A stretch of 64,000 nt of DNA from Takakia lepidozioides (lineage: Eukaryota; Plantae; Bryophyta). The notes beneath the pieces are model-generated. The model was not told where the DNA came from. It saw only the letters and a list, made by a program, of their open reading frames with translations, and made no database searches. Positions 1 through 9,599 of the stretch are shown piece after piece (position 1 is the first letter of the stretch; each line of letters begins with the position of its first letter). The DNA lies in assembly GCA_030704615.1 (NCBI GenBank), contig CM060734.1:52886001-52950000 (forward strand), read 5' to 3'. The position numbers and the translations under genes are program-made.

Positions 1-1775
1 ATTGTCGTCCATCAGGGTACTGACGGAATATAAAAAGGTGGCAGTAACGGCAATCATCATTATTTTCAAACCCTAACCGTGCTTGGGTTCGGTGGCCGGG
101 GCAGGGCTGCTACTAACTCGAGATGGATAGATGATTCGCTGTATGTCTCTGAACGACGAATGCATGGATGATAAAATGGATGGAGATCAGTTATATTCAG
201 ACTTTTAGGCTTCAACGTAAACTATTCATTCATTGTCATGTCATATTTCTTTTCTTTCCCTTAGGCATTTAGAGGACAGGCATGTGATGGTCAGATTATT
301 TGTTCTTCTGTAGGCTCTATTGCTGACATGGTTTATTGAAATAGTAGAGGACGTGGGATGAGCTTCTATATATCGGGAACATAGGGATGACATCTCAATG
401 ATGTCATCAACTTGAACATGATGAAGTTTAGATGTTGCTTCATAATGGAACATTTCTGGCTGTGTCATTGCTGCAATATATGGTTTGCTGAGGCCTTAGT
501 TCCTTCTGTTTTCTTTTTCAGTCTTAATTTCACGCGGCTGCAAGAGTCAGACAGATTGCCAGGAACAGATATAGCTGAGGGGAAAGAGGTTCTTAGAAAG
601 CCAGCGGAATGTCTTTGACTGATGCTTGTGCAGATGTCAAGTTACATCGGGACTGCTAAGTGCGTAGAAACGAGAATGCATGTATGACTAAGAGCTGGTT
701 TTCAACAATCTTTTGTCTGACCTAGCAGTGGGCAAATCATATGAACATTGGGTTGTTCTTCTCTAGTGTGGCACCATTTTTTTTGCTGTGTCTGTGAAGA
801 CTGTTGCCTGCAGGAGAAATTGTGGCCGTAACACCAACCAACTACCCTAATGCTCTCAACCTTAATTCTAACACAGATGATGAAAAGCCAGACCTAGATT
901 ATAAGCAGAGGTGCAAATTTTTTCCTCACTGCTACTCTCATCTGTAAAATTGTTGCAGTAGATCCGAAAACAGGGGTCAGTGATACTGACATGGATGGGG
1001 ACTCTCAAGGTGATGGGCTTCCATTGTCAGCCGTGGGAGTCAAGCAAGTTGGTCTTGCTTGTCAAACATGCCATACATTCCTGTTGAAAAGTAGGATGGG
1101 CCCATCCTCTGCTGCACAGGTTACTGAACAATGTGTTGGAAAAGGGTGAAGATAAAGATTCAGTGGCCCTGCCTTACCACCAGAGTCAAGCTACTGACTC
1201 AAGGCCTTCTATGCAAAATAACTTTGTGGGCAAACTCACTATACAATCATGCTTCAGCCTCTGCACGTCTGAATACTATCCATTTTTAAGTAGAAGTTTA
1301 GTTAAACAAGTGATCCATACCAATGACCATTGTCAACAATTAGAAAGAAAACTCAGTCCATGACAATTCTTGATTTGATTCAAATGAAATGGCTGACATA
1401 CAAGACAAAAAAAACTTTCAGTATTTCAGCTTGCTACACTTCTGTGACTAAGCAATCTTGCAGCCTTGAAGGGTCTGATATGGAATCCATCCTAGTCCTT
1501 CTACTGGAAAATCATGGACAACCATGACCACTTGCCCATGCCATAGTTTCTAAATGAGGAGAATGGTACTATGGATATGTAGTAACGCAATAAACCTCAT
1601 TACCATAACCAGTACTTGCACATGTCACAGCTCATGGAGCAGGCACACCGGGAAATCCTAGAATACCACCACTAGGATATCCTGGAAAGCCGCCACTGGG
1701 ATATGGTGGAAAGCTGCCACTGGGATATGATGGAAAGCTGCCACTGGGATATGATGGAAAGCCGGCACTGGGAAA

Positions 1776-2915
1776 TCATGGACCGCGGCCGCCAGGAAAC
1801 AAACCGGGGTAACCTCCGAAATGTCCAAAACTTCCAAACGGAGGAGGATGGTATAGGAATGGGTGTTTAGCGTCGAAGTACTTCAAATTACCATACCCAC
1901 TTGCCGATGCCACAGCTTCTGCAAGAGGCACACCGGGAAATCCTAGAACGCCACCACTGGGATATGATGGAAAGCCACCACTGGGATATCCTGAAAAGCC
2001 GCCACTGAGATATGATGGAAAGCCGCCACTGGGGTATAATGGAAAGCCAGTATTGGGAAATCCCGGACTGCTGCCGCCGGGAAACAAACCGGGATAACCT
2101 CCGAAATGTCCAAAACTTCCAAACGGAGGAGGATGGTACAGGAATGGGTGTTTAGCATCGAAGTACTTTAGATGACCATACCCACTTGCCGATGCCACAG
2201 CTTTTGCAAGAGGCACACCGGGAAATCCCAGAACGCCACCACTGGGATATGATGGAAAGCCACCACTAGGATATCCTGAAAAGCCGCCACTTGGATATGA
2301 TGGAGAGCCACCACTAGGATATCCTGAAAAGCCGCCACTGGGATATGATGGAAAGCCGCCACTGGGATATCCTGGACTGCTACCACCGGGAAACAAACCG
2401 GGATATCCTGGACTGCTGCCGCCGGGAAACAAACCGGGATAACCTCCGAAATGTCCAAAACTTCCAAACGGAGGAGGATGGTACAGGAATGGGTGTTTAG
2501 CGTCGAAGTACTTCAGATGACCATACCCACTTGCCGATGCCACAACTTCTGCAAGAGGCACACCGGGAAATCCTAGAACGTCACCACTGGGATATGATGG
2601 AAAGCCACCACTGGGATATCCTGAAAAGCCGCCACTGGGATATGATGGAAAGCCACCACTGGGATATAATGGAAAGCCACCACTGGGAAATCCTGGACCG
2701 CTGCCGCCGGGAAACAAACCGGGATAACCTCCGAAATGTCCAAAACTTCCAAACGGAGGAGGATGGTACAAGAACGGGTGTTTAGCATCGAAGTACTTTA
2801 GATTACCATACCCACTTGCCCATGCCACATCTTCTCTTGCAGCTTGCACACTCCCTACTAAGAAAATCAGAAACAAGAGGGAAGGCACCATACGAATTTG
2901 TTGCACAGTCTTCAT
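1776..2915 (-). CDS. Secreted Gly/Pro/Tyr/Phe-rich modular repeat protein, left copy, truncated by a premature stop (ancestral stop at 1632-1634)
   Basis: ATG at 2915 (the ORF track starts at an upstream TTG). Same signal peptide and repeats as 4067-5398. GGA>TGA at 1776-1778; the frame stays open and homologous down to TGA at 1632. Confidence 0.85.
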   Translation of the reverse strand: MKTVQQIRMVPSLLFLIFLVGSVQAAREDVAWASGYGNLKYFDAKHPFLYHPPPFGSFGHFGGYPGLFPGGSGPGFPSGGFPLYPSGGFPSYPSGGFSGYPSGGFPSYPSGDVLGFPGVPLAEVVASASGYGHLKYFDAKHPFLYHPPPFGSFGHFGGYPGLFPGGSSPGYPGLFPGGSSPGYPSGGFPSYPSGGFSGYPSGGSPSYPSGGFSGYPSGGFPSYPSGGVLGFPGVPLAKAVASASGYGHLKYFDAKHPFLYHPPPFGSFGHFGGYPGLFPGGSSPGFPNTGFPLYPSGGFPSYLSGGFSGYPSGGFPSYPSGGVLGFPGVPLAEAVASASGYGNLKYFDAKHPFLYHPPPFGSFGHFGGYPGLFPGGRGP

Positions 2916-3028
2916 TGCAAGCAATCAATCTTTTAGCTGGACCTAAACCTCTTCCTCTCTTCCCAAATCTATAGCAAGATCATGCAGACACACACACAAA
3001 TTGTTGGTAAGCCACTCCAAAGACTTAG

Positions 3029-3036
3029 TTTATATA
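3029..3036 (-). promoter_or_regulatory. TATA box of left repeat-protein gene
   Basis: TATATAAA on the minus strand ~115 bp upstream of ATG 2915; mirror of 3946-3953. Confidence 0.6.
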
Positions 3037-3945
3037 GTGACTGAAGGCCAAGGCCTTAAACAACATATTGATAAACATAGCTGCTGTTGTGCACTATAGT
3101 AGTGTCCACAAATTTTTTTTTCTTCAAAAGAGAAAAAAAAAAAATCCACAGATTTTTCTTTTCTTAAAAAAAGAAAAAGAAAAGTGTCCACAGATTCAGT
3201 GAATATTGGGTTTCAAGAAAGCCTAATTATTATCTATCCCGTCGTCATTAGTCAAATTTGATATTGAAGAAATTGAAATTAGGTCACAGATCAATAGTAA
3301 ACAAGCTTAGGCTACAAGAGATTCAATTCAATCAGTGGTTCAGGCTAACTCACTCGAAATGGTTGTCCAGTTTTCCAGAAAAACAAAAAAGAAGCTCGCA
3401 TGTCTTAAAATTGAAATCACCTAAAGAGAAAACAGAAACAGAAAAAAGAAAAAGAATAAAGATTGAATTGAATCTCTTGTAGCCTAAGCTTGTTTCCTTT
3501 TTCTTTTTCTTTTTTCTTTTTCTTTTTTCTGTTTCTGTTTTTTCTTTCCGTGATTTCAATTTTAAGACATGCGAGCTTCTTTTTTGTTTTTCTGGAAAAC
3601 TGGACAACCATTTCAAGTTCAAATGAGTGAGTTAGCCTGAACCACTGATTGAATTGAATCTCTTGTAGCCTAAGCTTGTTTACTATTGATCTATGACCTA
3701 ATTTCAATTTCTTCAATATCAAATTTGACTAATGACGACGGGATAGATAATAATGAGGCTTTCTTGAAACCCAATATTCACTGAATCTGTGGACACTTTT
3801 CTTTTTCTTTTTTTAAGAAAAGAAAAATCTGTGGATTTTTATTTTTTTTCTCTTTTGAAGAAAAAAAAATTTGTGGACACTACTATAGTGCACAACAGCA
3901 GCTATGTTTATCAATATGCTGTTTAAGGTCTTGGCCTTTAGTCAC

Positions 3946-3953
3946 TATATAAA
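3946..3953 (+). promoter_or_regulatory. TATA box of right repeat-protein gene
   Basis: cTATATAAAc ~115 bp upstream of ATG 4067. Confidence 0.6.
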
Positions 3954-4066
3954 CTAAGTCTTTGGAGTGGCTTACCAACAATGTGTGTGTGTGTCTGCAT
4001 GATCTTGCTATAGATTTGGGAAGAGAGGAAGAGGTTTAGGTCCAGCTAAAAGATTGATTGCTTGCA

Positions 4067-5398
4067 ATGAAGACTGTGCAACAAATTCGTATGGTGCCTT
4101 CCCTCTTGTTTCTGATTTTCTTAGTAGGGAGTGTGCAAGCTGCAAGAGAAGATGTGGCATGGGCAAGTGGGTATGGTAATCTAAAGTACTTCGATGCTAA
4201 ACACCCGTTCTTGTACCATCCTCCTCCGTTTGGAAGTTTTGGACATTTCGGAGGTTATCCCGGTTTGTTTCCCGGCGGCAGCGGTCCAGGATTTCCCAGT
4301 GGTGGCTTTCCATTATATCCCAGCGGTGGCTTTCCATCATATCCCAGTGGCGGCTTTCCATCATATCCCAGTGGCGGCTTTTCAGGATATCCCAGTGGTG
4401 GCTTTCCATCATATCCCAGTGGTGACGTTCTAGGATTTCCCGGTGTGCCTCTTGCAGAAGTTGTGGCATCGGCAAGTGGGTATGGTCATCTGAAGTACTT
4501 CGACGCTAAACACCCATTCCTGTACCATCCTCCTCCGTTTGGAAGTTTTGGACATTTCGGAGGTTATCCCGGTTTGTTTCCCGGCGGCAGCAGTCCAGGA
4601 TATCCCGGTTTGTTTCCCGGTGGTAGCAGTCCAGGATATCCCAGTGGCGGCTTTCCATCATATCCCAGTGGCGGCTTTTCAGGATATCCTAGTGGTGGCT
4701 CTCCATCATATCCAAGTGGCGGCTTTTCAGGATATCCTAGTGGTGGCTTTCCATCATATCCCAGTGGTGGCGTTCTAGGATTTCCCGGTGTGCCTCTTGC
4801 AAAAGCTGTGGCATCGGCAAGTGGGTATGGTCATCTAAAGTACTTCGATGCTAAACACCCATTCCTGTACCATCCTCCTCCGTTTGGAAGTTTTGGACAT
4901 TTCGGAGGTTATCCCGGTTTGTTTCCCGGCGGCAGCAGTCCGGGATTTCCCAATACTGGCTTTCCATTATACCCCAGTGGCGGCTTTCCATCATATCTCA
5001 GTGGCGGCTTTTCAGGATATCCCAGTGGTGGCTTTCCATCATATCCCAGTGGTGGCGTTCTAGGATTTCCCGGTGTGCCTCTTGCAGAAGCTGTGGCATC
5101 GGCAAGTGGGTATGGTAATTTGAAGTACTTCGACGCTAAACACCCATTCCTGTACCATCCTCCTCCGTTTGGAAGTTTTGGACATTTCGGAGGTTACCCC
5201 GGTTTGTTTCCTGGCGGCAGCGGTCCAGGATTTCCCAGTGCCGGCTTTCCATCATATCCCAGTGGCAGCTTCCCATCATATCCCAGTGGCAGCTTTCCAT
5301 CATATCCCAGTGGCAACTTTCCATCATATCCCAGTGGCGGCTTTCCAGGATATCCTAGTGGTGGTATTCTAGGATTTCCCGGTGTGCCTGCTCCATGA
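4067..5398 (+). CDS. Secreted Gly/Pro/Tyr/Phe-rich modular repeat protein (443 aa), putative multi-unit peptide precursor or cell-wall protein; intact copy
   Basis: Single-exon ORF. N-terminal signal peptide (MKTVQQIRMVPSLLFLIFLVGSVQA/A). Four macro-repeats with heads starting at 4181, 4490, 4835 and 5120. Heads differ only by synonymous changes. TATA box upstream. Confidence 0.9.
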   Translation: MKTVQQIRMVPSLLFLIFLVGSVQAAREDVAWASGYGNLKYFDAKHPFLYHPPPFGSFGHFGGYPGLFPGGSGPGFPSGGFPLYPSGGFPSYPSGGFPSYPSGGFSGYPSGGFPSYPSGDVLGFPGVPLAEVVASASGYGHLKYFDAKHPFLYHPPPFGSFGHFGGYPGLFPGGSSPGYPGLFPGGSSPGYPSGGFPSYPSGGFSGYPSGGSPSYPSGGFSGYPSGGFPSYPSGGVLGFPGVPLAKAVASASGYGHLKYFDAKHPFLYHPPPFGSFGHFGGYPGLFPGGSSPGFPNTGFPLYPSGGFPSYLSGGFSGYPSGGFPSYPSGGVLGFPGVPLAEAVASASGYGNLKYFDAKHPFLYHPPPFGSFGHFGGYPGLFPGGSGPGFPSAGFPSYPSGSFPSYPSGSFPSYPSGNFPSYPSGGFPGYPSGGILGFPGVPAP

Positions 5399-7019
5399 GC
5401 TGTGACATGTGCAAGTACTGGTTATGGTAATGAGGTTTATTGCGTTACTACATATCCATAGTACCATTCTCCTCAGTTAGAAACTATGGCATGGGCAAGT
5501 GGTCATGGTTGTCCATGATTTTCCAGTAGAAGGACTAGGATGGATTCCATATCAGACCCTTCAAGGCTGCAAGATTGCTTAGTCACAGAAGTGTAGCAAG
5601 CTGAAATACTGAAAGTTTTTTTTGTCTTGTATGTCAGCCATTTCATTTGAATCAAATCAAGAATTGTCATGGACTGAGTTTTCTTTCTGATTGTTGACAA
5701 TGGTCATTGGTATGGATCACTTGTTTAACTAAACTTCTACTTAAAAATGGATAGTATTCAGACGTGCAGAGGCTGAAGCATGATTGTATAGTGAGTTTGC
5801 CCACAAAGTTATTTTGCATAGAAGGCCCTGAGTCAGTAGCTTGACTCTGGTGGTAAGGCAGGGCCACTGGATCTTTATCTTCACCCTTTTCCAACACATT
5901 GTTCAGTAACCTGTGCAGCAGAGGATGGGCCCATCCTACTTTTCAACAGGAATGTATGGCATGTTTGACAAGCAAGACCAACTTGCTTGACTCCCACGGC
6001 TGACAATGGAAGCCCATCACCTTGAGAGTCCCCATCCATGTCAGTATCACTGACCCCTGTTTTCGGATCTACTGCAACAATTTTACAGATGAGAGTAGCA
6101 GTGAGGAAAAAATTTGCACCTCTGCTTATAATCTAGGTCTGGCTTTTCATCATCTGTGTTAGAATTAAGGTTGAGAGCATTAGGGTAGTTGGTTGGTGTT
6201 ACGGCAACAATTTCTCCTGCAGGCAACAGTCTTCACAGACACAGCAAAAAAGATGGTGCCACACTAGAGAAGAACAACCCAATGTTCATATGATTTGCCC
6301 ACTGCTAGGTCAGACAAAAGATTGTTGAAAACCAGCTCTTAGTCATACATGCATTCTCGTTTCTACGCACTTAGCAGTCCCGATGTAACTTGACATCTGC
6401 ACAAGCATCAGTCAAAGACATTCCGCTGGCTTTCTAAGAACCTCTTTCCCCTCAGCTATATCTGTTCCTGGCAATCTGTCTGATTCTTGCAGCCGCGTGA
6501 AATTAAGACTGAAAAAGAAAACAGAAGGAACTAAGGCCTCAGCAAACCATATATTGCAGCAATGACACAGCCAGAAATGTTCCATTATGAAGCAACATCT
6601 AAACTTCATCATGTTCAAGTTGATGACATCATTGAGATGTCATCCCTATGTTCCCGATATATAGAAGCTCATCCCACGTCCTCTACTATTTCAATAAACC
6701 ATGTCAGCAATAGAGCCTACAGAAGAACAAATAATCTGACCATCACATGCCTGTCCTCTAAATGCCTAAGGGAAAGAAAAGAAATATGACAAGACTTCGC
6801 AACATGAGTAGAAAAAAAAAGTCTATCTGCCTAATAATGTTGGGTTGCATTTGATAAGTTGCGTCCCTATCTTTCTGGCCTTACACTCACCGGTATTCTT
6901 AACGCCTAGATTCCAACCACCAAACAATCATATCCACATTGAGCATCTTTTGAACAGCTTTCCACCCCCAATCCAAAGGTCTATGCCAATGGTTCATTCC
7001 TGCAACACCCAAGCTCTAT

Positions 7020-8631
7020 TCAAGCTGTAACAGGGTCTGCTTGAGGGGGGGTCTCAGGTGTAGCTGGGGCTGCACTTGGGGGGGTCGCTGCAGGCACAGT
7101 GGATTTTGCACCATTTGCTGTCGTCGGAGTGACTGAGGGTGCTGGAGTTGCTGGCGGAGGAGGGGGGGGCAGCATGTGGGCCGGAGGATTATGCTTCAGC
7201 TTCAGAAGGACCTGCCGCATGCGGCCTAAATCAGTAGGCTTCCCAGGCTTGGGACCCTTGTTGGCCACCACACCAATTTTCTTGTCCTTATCTTTGCCAC
7301 GGCCCTTCACCTCTAGTGATGCCGGCAGTTCATTGGGAATCAGCTCTGTCACTGCCTTCCAGTACGCCTTGTCTGCATTTTTGTGGAAGTTCTCCTGATT
7401 TGCTAGAAAAACCTGCCCAATAGACAGCATGGCCATTAAGTTCAGTCTTGGGCAGAAGGTAGTGAGACCTGCTGCCCTAATTGATGTCGTGTTTTGAAAG
7501 CATGAATTTCAAGACCGTAAGGGATTACTCTTACAATCGACAGTGACTACGGAACAATACTGACCTTCTCTTTTTCGCGGTTGTTCTTCACTTGAGATTC
7601 TCGGTTGACCTGGCGCTTTGCTATGTGATCAGACTTGTAGTCATCTGCATCATCGACAATTTGCTGGAGCTTCTGTCTCTCGGATCGCTCCTTTTCTTCA
7701 AGGCGAAGAGCATTCTGACTGCAATGACACCTCCAGGTCAGAGGCAATGGCCGATCTCATGACACATACAAAGGAAAAAGTCGGGCCAGCCACCCAAAGA
7801 AAGGCTTCACTTAATCATATACAAGACAAGTACAAAGAGGAGAACAGAACATGCTTAAGATCCTCCTTCAACTTCTTCTTTCATCAAGAACACCTGCCTT
7901 TTGCAGCTGGCACGTAATTGCAAGAGAATAATGGCATCAACAAGTGGCAAAGGTATGCTTTGTGCACAGCAACTGAAAATGTGACAGAGAAGACATGACT
8001 ATCAAACAATATCATAACCTAGACTGGTAAAGCCTCAGAATGCAGCTAAAGAATACTTTTCTGTGGACGTTTCTGTTTGAGGTTAAGAAGGACAGTACCG
8101 CTTCCATTCTCGCAGGATCAGACCTTCCTCTGCCTGCATCTCATCGGGCGGGGGTAGAACGGCTCCGTTGCTTTCAGTAGGTACCTCTTGCGCAAAAAAG
8201 TCTTCATCAAGTTCCTTTCCACCATAGCCTGTTCCATTCAGATTGTTAGGAGCCGAGTACTGCTGTGCAGAGTAATCGGGAGCTGAGTAATCTGCACTCT
8301 GCGGGAAAGCGGACTCAGAATCCGCGTCAAAAGAGTGGGTGTAAGGGGGAGGGATTTCAACACCCTGAACAGACTCATCGTCATACTGGTGTTCATAGAT
8401 TGGTGGCGGGTGCTCATAACCATTAGACGCTGCCTTGAAATCATCAAAAGAGTCCTTGCTCTCATCATCGTGTTGGAAATGGTCTGCCGAGAAATCATCC
8501 GGAGCGCGGAAGGAGCTATCAAAGCGCGCCGAAGGCATGCGCGGATCAAAGCTGTTGAACTCATTTTCAAACGGCCGGAGAGATCCGCCTGCCAAATCCT
8601 CTCCACCACCAGAGTACGCATCATACGCCAT
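7020..8631 (-). CDS. CLC: Clathrin light chain (3 exons: 8631-8099, 7718-7565, 7412-7020; 359 aa)
   Basis: Motifs [64 protein letters not shown] and [23 protein letters not shown] are typical of plant CLC. GT-AG junctions join in frame (533+154+393 = 1080 nt). Confidence 0.95.
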
Positions 8632-9599
8632 CCCGCCTAAATCCCCGCCCGATCTGCCTCGCTCCCCTCTCCGACCCTTGCCTCCAAGCGTCCCCGACCC
8701 TGCCAGACAGAAACCAAACGCTTTACACCAAAGATGCCTCACGAATCACTCATTCCCACGCCAACAAACATCCCCTAACCACACCTGCTCCAGCCTCCAG
8801 ACGAGAACGAGAGCGACAGTGCAGCTTCACATTTGCCGAGGCTATGGCGCGCGAGCTCCCCCAACACTCTGCGCAGAGGTGCGAGACGCAACAGCGAATT
8901 ATTTGCCAGATGAGAATCTAATACGAATATCCACTTCCGTTACCAGATGCCGCATCCAAGTGAAGCACCAGGCGGACAACGTCGATAGAAATCTAAGAGA
9001 ATATCCACTCCAGATACCGGATGCCACATCCAGAGCGAATTATTTGGCAGAAAGTCAATAATTCTTTCATGCCCCCATAAGCCCTAGAAATACCCCTCTT
9101 ACCGAATTATGGGATGCCATTTCTTCCTAATTGCAATTTTCTATCCATCCGAGGAGTCCCTTGTACCACATATTATGCGGTATCTCATGCGTGATGCTTA
9201 CGGATGAACGTACACGGGAAACAATGGATGCAATATGGTTTCATCCGCGTCCTGGACACATCGTCTTCCTCGGGTTGCCTCTCTCTGTCGTTCTCTCGTC
9301 ACTGTGTCTGAAAGCTCTACTGAATTTTCTTCCAGGAGTGCGAACCTGTTTTTTTTCTGGGAAGAAAACCACACTACGTGTCGATCTCTCGTCTCTCAAT
9401 CGTCCTGTCTGTCTCTCACATACGTTTCTGTGTGAAAGTTAATTTCGATGCGGTTTTTGTAGTGCTAGATGATGTGAATGTGTCATCTCCTATCAATTGT
9501 CATTTCTTGATCTGTTCTACCACCGGCCATATTCTTGGAACTTCTTAGGAGGGGATTATAAGGCAGGAAGTCAGTTGTTGTGCAGCTTGTATGTGACGA

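Larger units (their letters stand above)
239..6791. repeat. Large inverted duplication (palindrome): arms ~239-3456 and ~3513-6791, short central spacer
   Basis: Mirror ORF pairs (241..468/6562..6789, 412..618/6412..6618, 1133..1363/5667..5897). Mirror coordinates sum to 7030 in the outer arms and 6982 near the start codons, explained by two 24-bp indels. Identity stops abruptly at tgtcatatttc (239) / gaaatatgaca (6791). Scattered substitutions distinguish the arms. Confidence 0.97.

Noticed and set aside
630-1150. Exon-like segments with AG/GT borders in the outer arm (mirrored at ~5880-6400)
   Set aside because: Could not be joined into a consistent reading frame or a recognisable protein.
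3258-3722. Lys-rich ORFs at the palindrome centre
   Set aside because: Produced by A/T tracts, with non-ATG starts and no recognisable domain.
4289-5366. Regular 24-bp periodicity that might suggest a CRISPR array
   Set aside because: No unique spacers and no cas genes; the repeats are in-frame codons of a eukaryotic ORF.
1943-5372. Alternative-frame and antisense ORFs with FHHIPVVA or WDMMESHH repeats
   Set aside because: Shadows of the repetitive coding sequence. Variation in the heads is synonymous in the Gly/Pro-rich frame, which also carries the signal peptide.
239-6791. Palindrome as a pure assembly fold-back artefact, or as a transposon with giant terminal inverted repeats
   Set aside because: The arms differ by substitutions and whole-repeat indels and the spacer is structured, which argues against a simple artefact (read-level confirmation is still needed). 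No transposase or target-site duplication is seen.
8435-9061. 208-aa plus-strand ORF overlapping CLC exon 1
   Set aside because: Antisense shadow of a GC-rich exon and 5' region, with a non-ATG start and no domain.
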